From contig JWZX01003038.1 in the NCBI GenBank assembly GCA_001275005.1, forward strand, positions 1-35,500: 35,500 nt of DNA, in the 5' to 3' direction. This DNA comes from Chrysochromulina tobinii (lineage: Eukaryota). Each line of letters opens with the position of its first letter. Position 1 is the first letter of the stretch. Positions 9,786 to 20,185 of the stretch are shown piece after piece. The translations under genes and the position numbers were made by a program. Under the pieces are notes generated by a model. The model searched no databases. It saw only the letters and a list, made by a program, of their open reading frames with translations, and was not told the origin of the DNA.

Positions 9786-10562
9786 TCATCCCACCGATGA
9801 ACATGAAGCTGCATCCTCTCTGGCTATGCTCTCTGCTGCTGTTGCCAGCTCCCCGCTACGATCCCGATCCCGCCTCGGGCTCGGCGGCGCCTCGGTGGCC
9901 CCACCCCGTCGGCAGCGCATCACAAAGAGGCGCTCGTTCTGGGCGCGCCGCTCCGCAATCACGACCGACTCGAGGCCCGCCTGCTCGCGCAGTAGAGAGG
10001 CGATCTCCGACGGCTCATTCTCTGCGACGCCCAGCAAGTAGAAGAGGCCGGACGGCGACAGGGCGGGCCCTAAGGCCGGGAGCAGCCGGTCGAGCACGAG
10101 GCGGCCACGCGGCCCGCCCGCCCAGGCTGCGCTGATGTCGGCAGTGGCCACTGCCTCCACGAGCTCCTCTGTCGAAGTAGGTACATACGGCGGGTTGAAG
10201 ACGAGCACATCCACTATGCCCGGACGCAGGGCGCTCAGCAAGTCCATCTGCACCGGCACGACGCGTCGCCCGTTGGCGGCACCGGTGGCCGCGGTTGCGC
10301 GGTTCGCGTGACGATTGACGTCGCCCGCGAGCAGCGCCGCGTCGGGAAGCAGGCGGCCGAGGTGGGTGATCACGCACCCACTGCCCGAACCTATCTCGAC
10401 ACACAGAGCGGGGCGGCGACCTAAGAGTTCTGCGACATCTGCGCTGAGCGCGTCGACCAGCAGAAAGGTGTCGTCCGAAGGCTCGTACACGCGCTCGTAG
10501 TCGGCCGAGCTCAAGTGAGAGAGATCGGGCAACGCGACGGCAGCAACCTTTGTAGAAGCCAT
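9786..10562 (-). CDS. N6AMT1: HemK2/N6AMT1/Mtq2 protein-glutamine methyltransferase (eRF1 MTase catalytic subunit)
   Basis: Motifs VYEPSDDTFLLVDAL, EIGSGSG, VFNPPYVPT and WAGGPRGR. Confidence 0.95.
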   Translation of the reverse strand: MASTKVAAVALPDLSHLSSADYERVYEPSDDTFLLVDALSADVAELLGRRPALCVEIGSGSGCVITHLGRLLPDAALLAGDVNRHANRATAATGAANGRRVVPVQMDLLSALRPGIVDVLVFNPPYVPTSTEELVEAVATADISAAWAGGPRGRLVLDRLLPALGPALSPSGLFYLLGVAENEPSEIASLLREQAGLESVVIAERRAQNERLFVMRCRRGGATEAPPSPRRDRDRSGELATAAESIAREDAASCSSVG

Positions 10563-10570
10563 CCCACCGC

Positions 10571-10726
10571 TCAGTGAGAACGTTTCGGGAGGGACGCGCC
10601 ACCGCCGCCGAAAAAGAGCCGGTTATGCCGAGCGACGACGACGAGCGGCACGATGACGCCGAGCACGAGCACGAGCAGACCAGCGAGCCAGTTGGAGAGC
10701 TCGAAGCCGAGTGTTGGTTGCTCCAT
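10571..10726 (-). CDS. Small single-pass membrane protein (51 aa) immediately upstream of N6AMT1
   Basis: MEQPTLGFELSNWLAGLLVLVLGVIVPLVVVARHNRLFFGGGGASLPKRSH. It has GC3-biased codons (CTC GTG CTC GGC GTC ATC GTG) and a ~20-aa hydrophobic helix followed by basic residues. Confidence 0.55.
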   Translation of the reverse strand: MEQPTLGFELSNWLAGLLVLVLGVIVPLVVVARHNRLFFGGGGASLPKRSH

Positions 10727-10946
10727 GAACACCGGAAGCGGAGACGGTGCGCCGCGCAAAGAACTTGGTCATGTTTGGGCGCCGTTTCAAGCGCGAAATT
10801 TTGGACCAAAAATTAGGGAAATGTATAGATTTCCAATCACGGCTTCACGTCTCCCGAAACCACACGGCGCCCAGGAAATCAGTGCACACTCGCTTCGGTG
10901 CCGAGCCCTCTTGAGAGAGCCGGCCTCGGAGTTGCGACGTGTGTCG

Positions 10947-12401
10947 ATGGCCTCAAAAGGGGAGCCTCAAGCCTTTGTCCTCATCGGCATCGGCGCGGCC
11001 ATAATTGTTGGCTGCACGCTGCTCCCGGCACTGCAACGTTACGGATTGGACTTTCTGCTTCCCTCATCATCCAAACAGCTGCATCTCACAGAACAGCAAT
11101 ACGACGCGTTTCTGGCCGAGCACCGCTTCATTGTCATCGGCGGCCCGCACCGTGGCGGTACCACTCTGATGTGGCAGCTCCTCAGATCGCATCCAGCTGT
11201 GGGCTCCTTCCCGGAGCGCGTTGCCAGTGACTTCTCCGAGGGTTCCTTCCTCCAGACGGTGCTGCCCACCTTTGGGGTCGGCAACGAGCTTCAGATGGGC
11301 AGCGGTGGGGTGAACGCGAAGCCCATGGGCCTTGGCAGATACGCCTTCTCACCTGACGCGCACATGACCGAGACGCATGCGCTCAACACGCGAGCGAACT
11401 CGCGGCAACTGCTGAGCCAGTGGGGCTATTTCTGGAACACGAGCCGGCCCGTCCTGCTCGAGAAGACGCCGACGGACATGCTCACGTCACGGCTGCTCCA
11501 GGCGCTCCTCTCGCCGCCGCCGCGCCAGCAGACCAGTTTCGTCTTCCTCACGCGCCATCCGCTGGCTGTCGCGCTGGCCCATATGCGGTGGCCCGCGTGC
11601 CGGCATCAGAGCGTCGGGTCGCTCGCGCTGCATTGGCTGGTCTCGCATCGGGTGCTCGCGTCGGACCTGCCGCACCTCCGCGCGGCCCGCGTCGTCCGTT
11701 ATGAGGACCTTGCACGCGACCCGACGGCCTGCATGCATGAGCTCATTGCTTGGCTGCAACTACCAGGCTCGCTGCCCGTTCACACCTCGGATCGCGTGGA
11801 GCGCGACACGAATGCAAAGTACGAGCGGCGCTACTGCACAGAGCACTTGGCGAGCGCGCGGCAACGGCGCGAGCACTGCGCCATGGGCGCCGCGCTGCAG
11901 CCCGCGATAGCGCGGCTCGGGCTCGGCTACGACTTGCATGCAGCTGGCAGCGAACACGGCTTCAGCTGCCTAGCGACCCATCTTCACAGCGCGGGGTGTG
12001 AACCAGTGGCGCCCGCGGCGGCGCTCGTGCGTGGCCTGGAGATGCTGACCCGCCGCCTCAGCAGCGGCGGCGGCCCGCCGCCCGCGCTCGGTGGCGAGCA
12101 TTTGATCTGTGGGAAAGTGGAGCAGCCGCAGCCGCAGACGCGTCACCGCGGCCGCCGCTCGGACCACGAGCACCGCGCCGAGTCGGGCGCCTCGGACCAC
12201 GAGCACCGCGCCGAGTCGGGCGCCTCGGACCACGAGCACCGCGCCGAGTCGGGCGCCTCGGACCACGAGCAACGCGCCGAGTCGGGCGCCTCGGACCATG
12301 AGCACCGCGCCGAGTCGGGCGCGGCGCAAACGCGCCGCGGCGGCCGCAGGCGCCGGAAGCTTCAAATCATCGGCACGAAGGGCGAGAAGGTCACAAGTTA
12401 A
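10947..12401 (+). CDS. Membrane-anchored PAPS-dependent sulfotransferase (Sulfotransfer_3-like)
   Basis: N-terminal TM anchor; FIVIGGPHRGGTT (5'PSB loop); LLEKTP; FVFLTRHP (3'PB); VRYEDL. Confidence 0.88.
   Translation: MASKGEPQAFVLIGIGAAIIVGCTLLPALQRYGLDFLLPSSSKQLHLTEQQYDAFLAEHRFIVIGGPHRGGTTLMWQLLRSHPAVGSFPERVASDFSEGSFLQTVLPTFGVGNELQMGSGGVNAKPMGLGRYAFSPDAHMTETHALNTRANSRQLLSQWGYFWNTSRPVLLEKTPTDMLTSRLLQALLSPPPRQQTSFVFLTRHPLAVALAHMRWPACRHQSVGSLALHWLVSHRVLASDLPHLRAARVVRYEDLARDPTACMHELIAWLQLPGSLPVHTSDRVERDTNAKYERRYCTEHLASARQRREHCAMGAALQPAIARLGLGYDLHAAGSEHGFSCLATHLHSAGCEPVAPAAALVRGLEMLTRRLSSGGGPPPALGGEHLICGKVEQPQPQTRHRGRRSDHEHRAESGASDHEHRAESGASDHEHRAESGASDHEQRAESGASDHEHRAESGAAQTRRGGRRRRKLQIIGTKGEKVTS
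12159..12323 (+). repeat. 33-bp coding minisatellite x5 (SDHEHRAESGA)
   Basis: Five near-identical head-to-tail copies of tcggaccacgagcaccgcgccgagtcgggcgcc. Confidence 0.95.
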
Positions 12402-13147
12402 GTCACAAGCGAGAAGGTTGCGATTTGACACCCCGCCCCTCTCAACGATCGGTCGGTGGAGTGCGGACGGGATGCCGCGGAGGCCAGGCGCGTTGCGGGA
12501 ACCGGGATCGCTTGCCCGTCCTACCATCGTTATTCGTTTCTCATTTGAGTTATTTAGATTGATTCTGATTGAGCCGGTGTCGTTTCCCCGGAGACACAGT
12601 GTAGAGTGATTGCACCGTCCGCCCACGGATTTCGCCCATACGATCGGATGTTAAAAAGAATGCCGGATCACATCATGCGACCCTCGATACGGCCGGGTAC
12701 GGGCCGGGGGCCCGCGCGGCGTCGGGCGTCCTCGGCGGACCGCTGCCGTCAGCCCTCTCGCCGTACGGCGCGGTATACTTTGACGATTCAACTCAGAGGA
12801 CCTCGCGCGGCAGTTCTCGGCTCTCCGCAGCGTGATGAGTGTCGCTCTGATTCTCTCAGCTCACTGTATCTCTCTGAGCTCTCGCTCTGAGCGCGATCGT
12901 TCCTCTCATCGTACCACGTTCTCTTGCATCGTTCGTACTACGTTCTCTTCCATCCCGGCATCGGTGCTCCTCGCTCACGCTCCCGAGACGCTGTGATGTC
13001 CACTGAATGCCCTGACATGCATGCCGATTGCCTCGTGGATCCTCGCCCACGCCTCCCGAGGCGCATCTCAGCCAGCACTCGCATTCGTGCCGTGGCCACG
13101 CCGCCACGCCACTGCGCTCCTCCTCCTGCTCGCTGCTCCTCATCCTC

Positions 13148-13798
13148 TCAGTCGTCCCGCGACAGGATGGCATGGACCACGGCGCTACGCTCGCGGTGCG
13201 TCGTCGCGGCACGAGCGCGTGCCGCGAATGCATGCGGCGGCTCAAGCACGTCGAAAGCCGGCCTGTGTGCCACCGCATCATGCGGCCGTCCGATCGGTGT
13301 GCGCTCGGCATCTGCGAGCTCGAGCAGCGGCAACTCCTCGCAGCGGATGACGGTGCCACACGCAAGGAAGAAGCCAAAGCCGGCGGCCGTCGAGACGACC
13401 GAGATCGGCAGGTAGAGGATGTGCCGGTACGCGATGGCCGCGTAAGTGCCGTACATGAACCCGATCGCGCTCCCAAGAGCGCCGCCGATCATCGCGCCGT
13501 TCTGCAGCTTCCACATGCACTGCCGAAAGCGCGAAGGCGGTTCGTAGTACTGGTAGGAGGGGCTCGCAGGCGGCGTCCAGGCGTCGACGGAGGGCGACTC
13601 AGCCTTGGGTAGGTACCTGTCAAAGTCCTCCTTTTCGTACTCGACCTCGTCGTGGCCACCCGCCGCCGCGAGGCTGCCCGAGGACATGAGCTCGCCGCCG
13701 TAGGCGCCACCCTGTTGCTGCTGGAGCTGTTCGAGCTTCGCCTGGAGCTGCTGCTCCTTGCGCTCACGGCGCGCGCTGAATGGGTTGAGCGACGACAT
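13148..13798 (-). CDS. ROMO1: Romo1/Mgr2 family mitochondrial inner-membrane protein
   Basis: CMWKLQNGAMIGGALGSAIGFMYGTY...GFGFFLACGTVIRC matches the Romo1/Mgr2 pattern; ATG at 13798. Confidence 0.85.
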   Translation of the reverse strand: MSSLNPFSARRERKEQQLQAKLEQLQQQQGGAYGGELMSSGSLAAAGGHDEVEYEKEDFDRYLPKAESPSVDAWTPPASPSYQYYEPPSRFRQCMWKLQNGAMIGGALGSAIGFMYGTYAAIAYRHILYLPISVVSTAAGFGFFLACGTVIRCEELPLLELADAERTPIGRPHDAVAHRPAFDVLEPPHAFAARARAATTHRERSAVVHAILSRDD

Positions 13799-14006
13799 GG
13801 GCCGTGGGACACGACGGGGCCGCGAGACACGAAGACAAACACGGCGACTGACGCAACTTTCGCGAAGAGGAGTTTCGTCTTGATGACAACGCGCCTCGAC
13901 AGAGTAGAAATAACGTGCATGGACCTTTGCAATCACGAGGCCGCTGTCGTGGGCGCCTCGCTGTCGTGGGCCCTTTCTGCCGTTCTGCTCTCGCTCCGGC
14001 TGCCTC

Positions 14007-16571
14007 ATGGCTGACGAGGACACGGATTTTGAGGGTGCGGGCGAGGATGAGGATAACATGGACGAAGAGGACGTGGCGTCGCCCATGCAGTTCATGGAAG
14101 AATTCGCCGACACGCCCAATTCGAAGCTGCTGCGGATCAGCGAGGTCCAGCTCATGGAGCAGCCGGAGAGCTATCGCACCAACACGCCCAAAGAGGAGCT
14201 GATGCTTGAGTACATCCGCAAGTACGAGATGCACTTCGCCAACTTGCACCCCAAGCGGCGCAAGCCCATGCTTGCGCTGCGCAACGAGTGCGGCATGAAG
14301 AAGTTTATCTGCGCGACGCTGAGGCCGACGCAGATGCCGTACCAGGACGTGTACGACTACAACAAGTGTGCCAAGTTCGTGGCGGACTTTATCCGTTACG
14401 AGCCGCTCGAGCTCGCCTCGCAGCTGCCTTCGCACATGCCCTCGCCCTCGGCCACGCTCGGGTGGCAGGCGGGCGACTGCTTCGACATGGCGATGGTGCT
14501 GTGCTCGATGCTGCTCGGCGTGGGGTACGATGCGTACGTCGTGTGCGGGTATGCTCCCGCGAAAATCACGCGGTACGATCAGACATCGACCTCGATCAAG
14601 GCCGAGCCGCCGCCGCCGCCGCCAGAGCCGCCGTACAAGCCGCCCGATACAAAGTATACGATCGGCCCTCGGAAGGTACTGGCGTCCAACTTCCTCACCC
14701 AGAAGGCGCAGCGCGAGGCGGCGGCGGCAGCACCTAAAGATGCCAAGGTCGCCCCGGCGGCGCCCGCCGTACCGATCGACCTCGAGGCGCTCGCCGCCGC
14801 CGAGGCGGAGGAGCTCGATGACCTCCGAGGGCGGCGCGTCCATGCTTGGGTCCTCTTGCTGCCTGGCAAGCGCATGCTCGAGCAGATGCTCTTCGTCGAG
14901 CCGTCGACGGGCGAGCTCTACAGGGCGGACAGCTCGCCCTTCTACGGCATCGAGACGCTCTGGAACGCGTCCAACTACTGGGTCAATATGCAGGGTCCGT
15001 CGGTCCCTGCGGCCAAGCTCTCGTTTGAGCTTGCGGATGCATCCAAGTGGGAGGGACTCCTCTACGACTCCACGATGGCCTCAATGGGCGGCGGTGAGGA
15101 CGAGGGCGGCGACGAGGGCGGCGACGGCGCGGGTGGCGCGGAGGAGCACGACGAGGTGGTCGACGAGTCGAAGGTGCTGGCCGAGATGCCGCCGAGCTGG
15201 GTCACGCGGCTGCACGTGCCACAAGACCTCTTCGAGAGTGGCTGCCCTCAAGGGCGCAAGTCGACGACGTTCAAAAAGGGCCTCGTCCAAAAGTTCGCGC
15301 CGTACTCGCGCGAGGACGGCCTGGTCGAGATGAACACGCTGTACGAGGACGCGGAGCGCACGAGCGTCGCCGAGCTGCGCCAGCACTTTGCCAACCGGCA
15401 GGACCACCTGTACAAACGCATCGTTGCGGGCGAGGAGACGCGCGAGTACTTCGAGCCCGGTCGCAAGGGCGCCCTGCGCGAGCACACATGGATCGAGGGC
15501 CAGCGGCGCGTGATGCACTTTTACTCAGCGGCGAAGCTCGGTGGCCTCGTGTCGCGCTATGAGGAGACCGGTAAGAAGACCTGGTACGTCTTCGACGGCA
15601 CGCGCGACCCACTGATCTACCGGTCCGTTTCGTACGACCAGGAGGCGGAGCCGTCCGAAGCGCCCGATAAGAATATCCGCAAGATGGCCGAAAAGTTCCG
15701 GCGCTCCCGAGCCGGAACATTTGGCGCTCCCGAGACGGAGGTGGACGCGGAGGAGGATGTGGCGAAGCGCACGTTCGAGCTCAGCGCGGGCTTGATCAAG
15801 CTCAAGTACCACTACGGCAAGGACCGTGTCACGGCCTCGAGCCGCACGTACAACAAGGACGGCTCGAATCACCACGTCGTCCAAGTCAACTCGTTCTCGA
15901 AGCCTCCGACAGAGGCGCAGCTGCTGGATGAGTTCACGAAGCTGCAGGTGGCCGAGCGCGAGTGCATCAACGAGATCAAGGACTACGACCGCCAGACCAA
16001 GGAGATCCTCAAGAAGCGTGCGGCCGAGGAGGCGGACATAGAGGAGGCCGAGGAGGCGGCCGCGCACATGACCAAATCCGGCAAGATGCACGTGCCGCAG
16101 TTCCTCGTCGTGTCGGTGTTCGACACGTCGCGCTCGCGCATCAACACGATGGAGCCGCCGGAGGAGGATCTCGACGCGGTGCCGCACGACTACCTCACCC
16201 CCTTCTTGGAGGAGCCCATTGGCATCCATGACGATCCTCTGCCTCGGGAGGCGGCGCTGCAGGCGCGCGAGGCCTGCCTGCGCTCGCTCAAGGAGCGCCT
16301 TGTCGAGCGCGCGAACATCGTGCAGTCGCGCCTCGACGACGAGAACGCGATGCTCTCGAAGAAGCAGGCTGCCTTTCAGCGCAACCGTGATCACATGGAC
16401 GCCGCCGACGAGGCGGAGTACGAGCGCTATTGCCAGGAGGCCATGTTCCGCATCCAGATCCTCGAGCAACGGCTCGATCGGCACACGGAGCTCTCGCTGC
16501 AGACGTACGCCGAGATGGACGCGAGATTGCGAGACGACCCGCGCCTCAAGAACCTCAACTCCTCGCGCTGA
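14007..16571 (+). CDS. DRC7: Dynein regulatory complex subunit 7 (CCDC135/FAP50)
   Basis: PESYRTN...NECGMKKFICATLRPT...CAKFVADFIRYEPL...GDCFDMAMVLCSMLLGVGYDAYVVCGYA...VHAWVL, plus C-terminal LKERLVERANIVQSRL...FRIQILEQRL; 854 aa. Confidence 0.95.
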   Translation: MADEDTDFEGAGEDEDNMDEEDVASPMQFMEEFADTPNSKLLRISEVQLMEQPESYRTNTPKEELMLEYIRKYEMHFANLHPKRRKPMLALRNECGMKKFICATLRPTQMPYQDVYDYNKCAKFVADFIRYEPLELASQLPSHMPSPSATLGWQAGDCFDMAMVLCSMLLGVGYDAYVVCGYAPAKITRYDQTSTSIKAEPPPPPPEPPYKPPDTKYTIGPRKVLASNFLTQKAQREAAAAAPKDAKVAPAAPAVPIDLEALAAAEAEELDDLRGRRVHAWVLLLPGKRMLEQMLFVEPSTGELYRADSSPFYGIETLWNASNYWVNMQGPSVPAAKLSFELADASKWEGLLYDSTMASMGGGEDEGGDEGGDGAGGAEEHDEVVDESKVLAEMPPSWVTRLHVPQDLFESGCPQGRKSTTFKKGLVQKFAPYSREDGLVEMNTLYEDAERTSVAELRQHFANRQDHLYKRIVAGEETREYFEPGRKGALREHTWIEGQRRVMHFYSAAKLGGLVSRYEETGKKTWYVFDGTRDPLIYRSVSYDQEAEPSEAPDKNIRKMAEKFRRSRAGTFGAPETEVDAEEDVAKRTFELSAGLIKLKYHYGKDRVTASSRTYNKDGSNHHVVQVNSFSKPPTEAQLLDEFTKLQVAERECINEIKDYDRQTKEILKKRAAEEADIEEAEEAAAHMTKSGKMHVPQFLVVSVFDTSRSRINTMEPPEEDLDAVPHDYLTPFLEEPIGIHDDPLPREAALQAREACLRSLKERLVERANIVQSRLDDENAMLSKKQAAFQRNRDHMDAADEAEYERYCQEAMFRIQILEQRLDRHTELSLQTYAEMDARLRDDPRLKNLNSSR

Positions 16572-17073
16572 GCCGGGCGTGCGCGCCGATGCCACGGCGC
16601 GCACGCGTGCGAAGGCACGCAGACTGGCAGCAGCAGCGGCGCCGGCGCCGGCGCGGGCGGCAGCAGCGGGCTCGACGCCCTGGGAGGCGCCCTCCGGTGG
16701 ACGCCTCAGTGACCCCTCCGGTGGACGCGGCGGGGGCGACGAGGATGCATCTACGTGGACGTGCGGTGCATCCGCGGCGCCGTGGCGGGCGCATGCGATG
16801 CGCTCATACGTGACCCGCAGGAACATGGATGTGTGCGAGAGCAAAGACCGGGCGTGTGGCCCACATAGTGGGGTTGCGGCTTGCGCGCTCGGAGCGTGCG
16901 ATCTCATGAGCGGAGACGAATATGGGATGAATGCATGAACGGTCTCACGCGAAGGGTGCATGCATGCGGTGTTTTTGTTCATCAAACTTGAAGTGGTTAC
17001 CTACCACGGTGTCAGCTCGCTCGAGCTCTTCACACCCTCGACACTCTTCACACACATCACCGAAGTGCGAAGC

Positions 17074-17658
17074 ATGCCGAGCAAGCGGAAGGCTCGCGCA
17101 GACCCGATCTCTATCGATCTGTGCAACACTGATGACGAGGACGACGGCACAGCCGCCGTCGCTGCTGCTGTTGACGCTACGAAGCCGGCCGCCGGCCGCC
17201 GCTCCTCGCGTATCGCAAGCCAGGCTCGCAAGCCGGATGAGGCAGTGCTACTGCACTTTCCTAGCGAAGACGCCAAGGAGCGCATCACCCTGACGTACGC
17301 CGACGTTCGACGCCTCAAGTCAGGAGCGCGCGGCGCGGCGCCCGAGACGCTGCTCCTCAGCGACAATCTCGTGGACCTCTACATCAAGTACCTCTCCGGC
17401 CCGCCGCAGCAGCTGTGCGCGAAGTTCATCCCGGGGCTCGACGAGAAGAGCCGGTCGCACGTGCACATGTTCAGCGCCTTCTTCTTGAAGCGCCTCAAGA
17501 CGACCATCACGAAAGGTCTGAGCATGCACACGATGATGAAGTGGGTGCGCGACGTCGACCTTCTCGCGAAGGATTTTCTCTTCGTGCCGGTCCACGAGCA
17601 GCGCTGCCACGGGCACTGGGCGCTCGCGGTCATCTGCTTCCCGGGGCTGGTCACGCGC

Positions 17659-17691
<33 letters not shown>

Positions 17692-19989
17692 ATGGCCGAG
17701 CCGGCGCCGCTCGAGGCGGGCGTCGGTGAGGTCAAGAGAGAGGCGACCGCCGAGGTCAAGCACGAGGTCAAGGCCACCGTCGAGTTTCCGGCGGGTGAGC
17801 TGCCACCTGAGAGAGTACCGGCGCCGCTGCCGGCGCCGCTGCTGGCGCCCATGACCGACGCATGTGCAAGCTCCGCGGCGAGCGCCGTGGTGGGCGCGGC
17901 CCTCCCTCCACACGGCGATCTGGCGGCGATCGACGGCGGCAGCAACGCCACTACGGCTGTCAGTGTCGTCAGCAGCAGCAGCGGCGGCGGAGGCAGCAGC
18001 GGCGGAGGAGGCAGCGGCGGCAGCGAGGGCAGCGGCAGCGAGGGCAGCGGCGCGAGCGGCACGGCGCGCCCGGCACGGCGCGGAGCGCCGTGCATTCTCT
18101 TCTTCGATTCCTTTCTGCAGAACGAGAACAAGGTTCTCTTTACCCACCTGAGAGCCTTCCTCGAGTTCTACTGGGCGCGTCAATTTGAGAGTCGCCCCAT
18201 CGAAGGATATCCGCGCAGTGGCCGGCCGCTCGCGGACGAGCCGCTGCCGCCGCCAAACGAGCCGCCGTGCGTGCCGCCGCCGCAGCCGCCCACTCGCCCG
18301 AAACGTGTTCGGTACGGCGCCTCCAGCAGTGACGTCGCGACGCGTCGGGCAGCCTCCCTCAGCACTGCAGAGGTGCTCGGCCGCCGGCGCGCGAGCCGCG
18401 GCGTGGGTGGGGCGGCGTCGGAGCCGATAGACGCGGACGCCTGCGCCGACCCGCTCGTCGACGCGCTCGATGGCGAGAACAGCTCGCTTTCTGGTGGTCG
18501 GCCGCTTCGGCGGGCGGCCAAGCAGAGCATGCAGCGTATCGAGTGGCTCAAGTCAGATGAGGAGGCGTGGCGCGAGGTCGATCGGCAGCAGGAGGGACGT
18601 GGTGTGGTAAGCGAGGGCGCTCGGGAGGGCGCTCGGCCGCTCAAGGCGGCCCGTCGCTCGGGCGGCAGCAGTGGCGGCGGCGGCAGCAGCAGTGGCGGCG
18701 GCGGCGCCGCTGCCACGCCCAACCCCGACGCACCTGTTGCCGTCGCGCCCGTCACCGCTGCGGCGTCTGCCGATGCCACTTCCGCTTGGGCTGCTGGGAC
18801 ACTCGCCAAGCGGCAGCGCCGCTCGACGGCGACTGCGCGCACGGAGGCCATGGAAGAGGCGGACGCCAAGAAAGCCAGGCGGGAGTTCGAGGCGCGCGAG
18901 GCCACAAAATCGGATAGGCAGGTGGCGCGGTTGCGCCGCGGCGACAGTGCACCCGTGGCCTCGAGTACCACAGTGCCCGCCATGGCGCCTCGAGAGGCCA
19001 CGGGGGACGCACAGGCGCTCGCCATGGCGCCTCGTGAGGCCACAGTGGGAGACGCACAGGCGGCGGACGAGGCCGAGGATGTGGTCTTGCTGATGGTAGC
19101 GGAGGAGGGCCCAACGGTGGAGGCGATGGTGGCGGCGGAGGAGGGCGCGGCCGACCAAGACACAGTCGGCGCTCAAGTCGGCGCTCCCAAGGATCACTTG
19201 GAGGTCGAGGAGGAGGTGGACGAGGAGGCACCATTGGGACCGTCGGAGCAGGAAGAGCTAGCGGACGCAGCGGAGGAGGCGGAGGAGGTGGCAGCAGACG
19301 AGAGTGGGGAGGGGGAGGGAGAGGCGTGCAGCGAGGACGAGGACGAACCAGACCGGCTGTCCGACGCACCAGCGGACGCAGCGAGCGCAGCGGGCGCTGC
19401 GGCCGCTTTCGATGCTGACCCTATCGACGTGGCCGACGGCGACATCGGCGACGCGGCAAGCGGCAGCGGCGGAGGCGGTGGCGGCGTCGGCGTGCCAGCG
19501 GCAGCGGCAGCGGCAGCGGCAGCGGCAGCGGCAGCGGCAGCGGCAGCTACGCGCCGGCGCGCCCCTAAGCAGACGTGGTTCTCGACGGAGCGGATGCCCA
19601 ACATCATCCTCAAGAAGGTACCCCAACAGAAGAATGACTATGACTGCGGCTTGTACATGCTGACTTTTATCGAGCAGCTTGCGGCCGCGGAGGAGCTGCC
19701 CTCGTTTGAGACGGCTGATGGACTCATCGCCCACTTTAGCGGCGCCACGCTGCCCAAGCAGGAGGCCATTGACGAAAAGCGAGCCAACTTCTACAAGGGT
19801 GTCTTCAAGCTCGCCGAGGCGCAGTCGCAGCCCGACGACCCCATCGTGCACAGCGATTGGGATGGCGAGGAGCTCGAGGAGCCGCGGCCGGGCAAGCGGC
19901 AACGCGGCGGGCGCGCCGGCGCACTCGCTGGTGACGGCGCGGGTGGCACGGGCGACCCGGCCGTGCCCGTGGTCACCAGTGTGGAGTAA
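17074..19989 (+). CDS. Ulp2/SENP6-7-like SUMO protease (peptidase C48)
   Basis: LSDNLVDLYIKYL, HMFSAFFLKRL, WVRDVDLLAKDFLFVPVH..HWALAVIC (catalytic His), ILFFDSF (Asp) and VPQQKNDYDCGLYML (Gln, Cys). Likely ATG at 17074. Confidence 0.92.
19495..19547 (+). repeat. (GCAGCG)n coding poly-Ala microsatellite
   Basis: Tandem gcagcg hexamer. Confidence 0.9.
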
Positions 19990-20185
19990 ACGAAATCGGC
20001 GGCGGAGTTGGATTTTCTGGGATGTTGGAGTGTAGAGCCAATCCACTTTTGGTGTCAGCATGAGTTGTGGTTTCATTCGCTGGGATGTGCCTTTGAATAA
20101 AGAACGCGGCGCTGACGAACCATCGTGGTCCACAAAGTTTGCGATTCCCGTCGTGCGCGTGCGCGCGAGGTTGCCCGTGGACAAA

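Noticed and set aside
12159..12323. 33-bp repeats as a CRISPR array
   Set aside because: The copies are head-to-tail with no spacers, in frame in a CDS, with no cas genes, in a eukaryotic context.
12420..13140. Possible ncRNA (5S/tRNA/snRNA) in the intergenic region
   Set aside because: I could not recognise a cloverleaf, A/B boxes or conserved RNA motifs. An Infernal/Rfam scan would be needed to exclude this fully.
14470..14860. Transglutaminase-like Cys/His motif as a novel enzyme
   Set aside because: This is a known feature of the DRC7/CCDC135 family.
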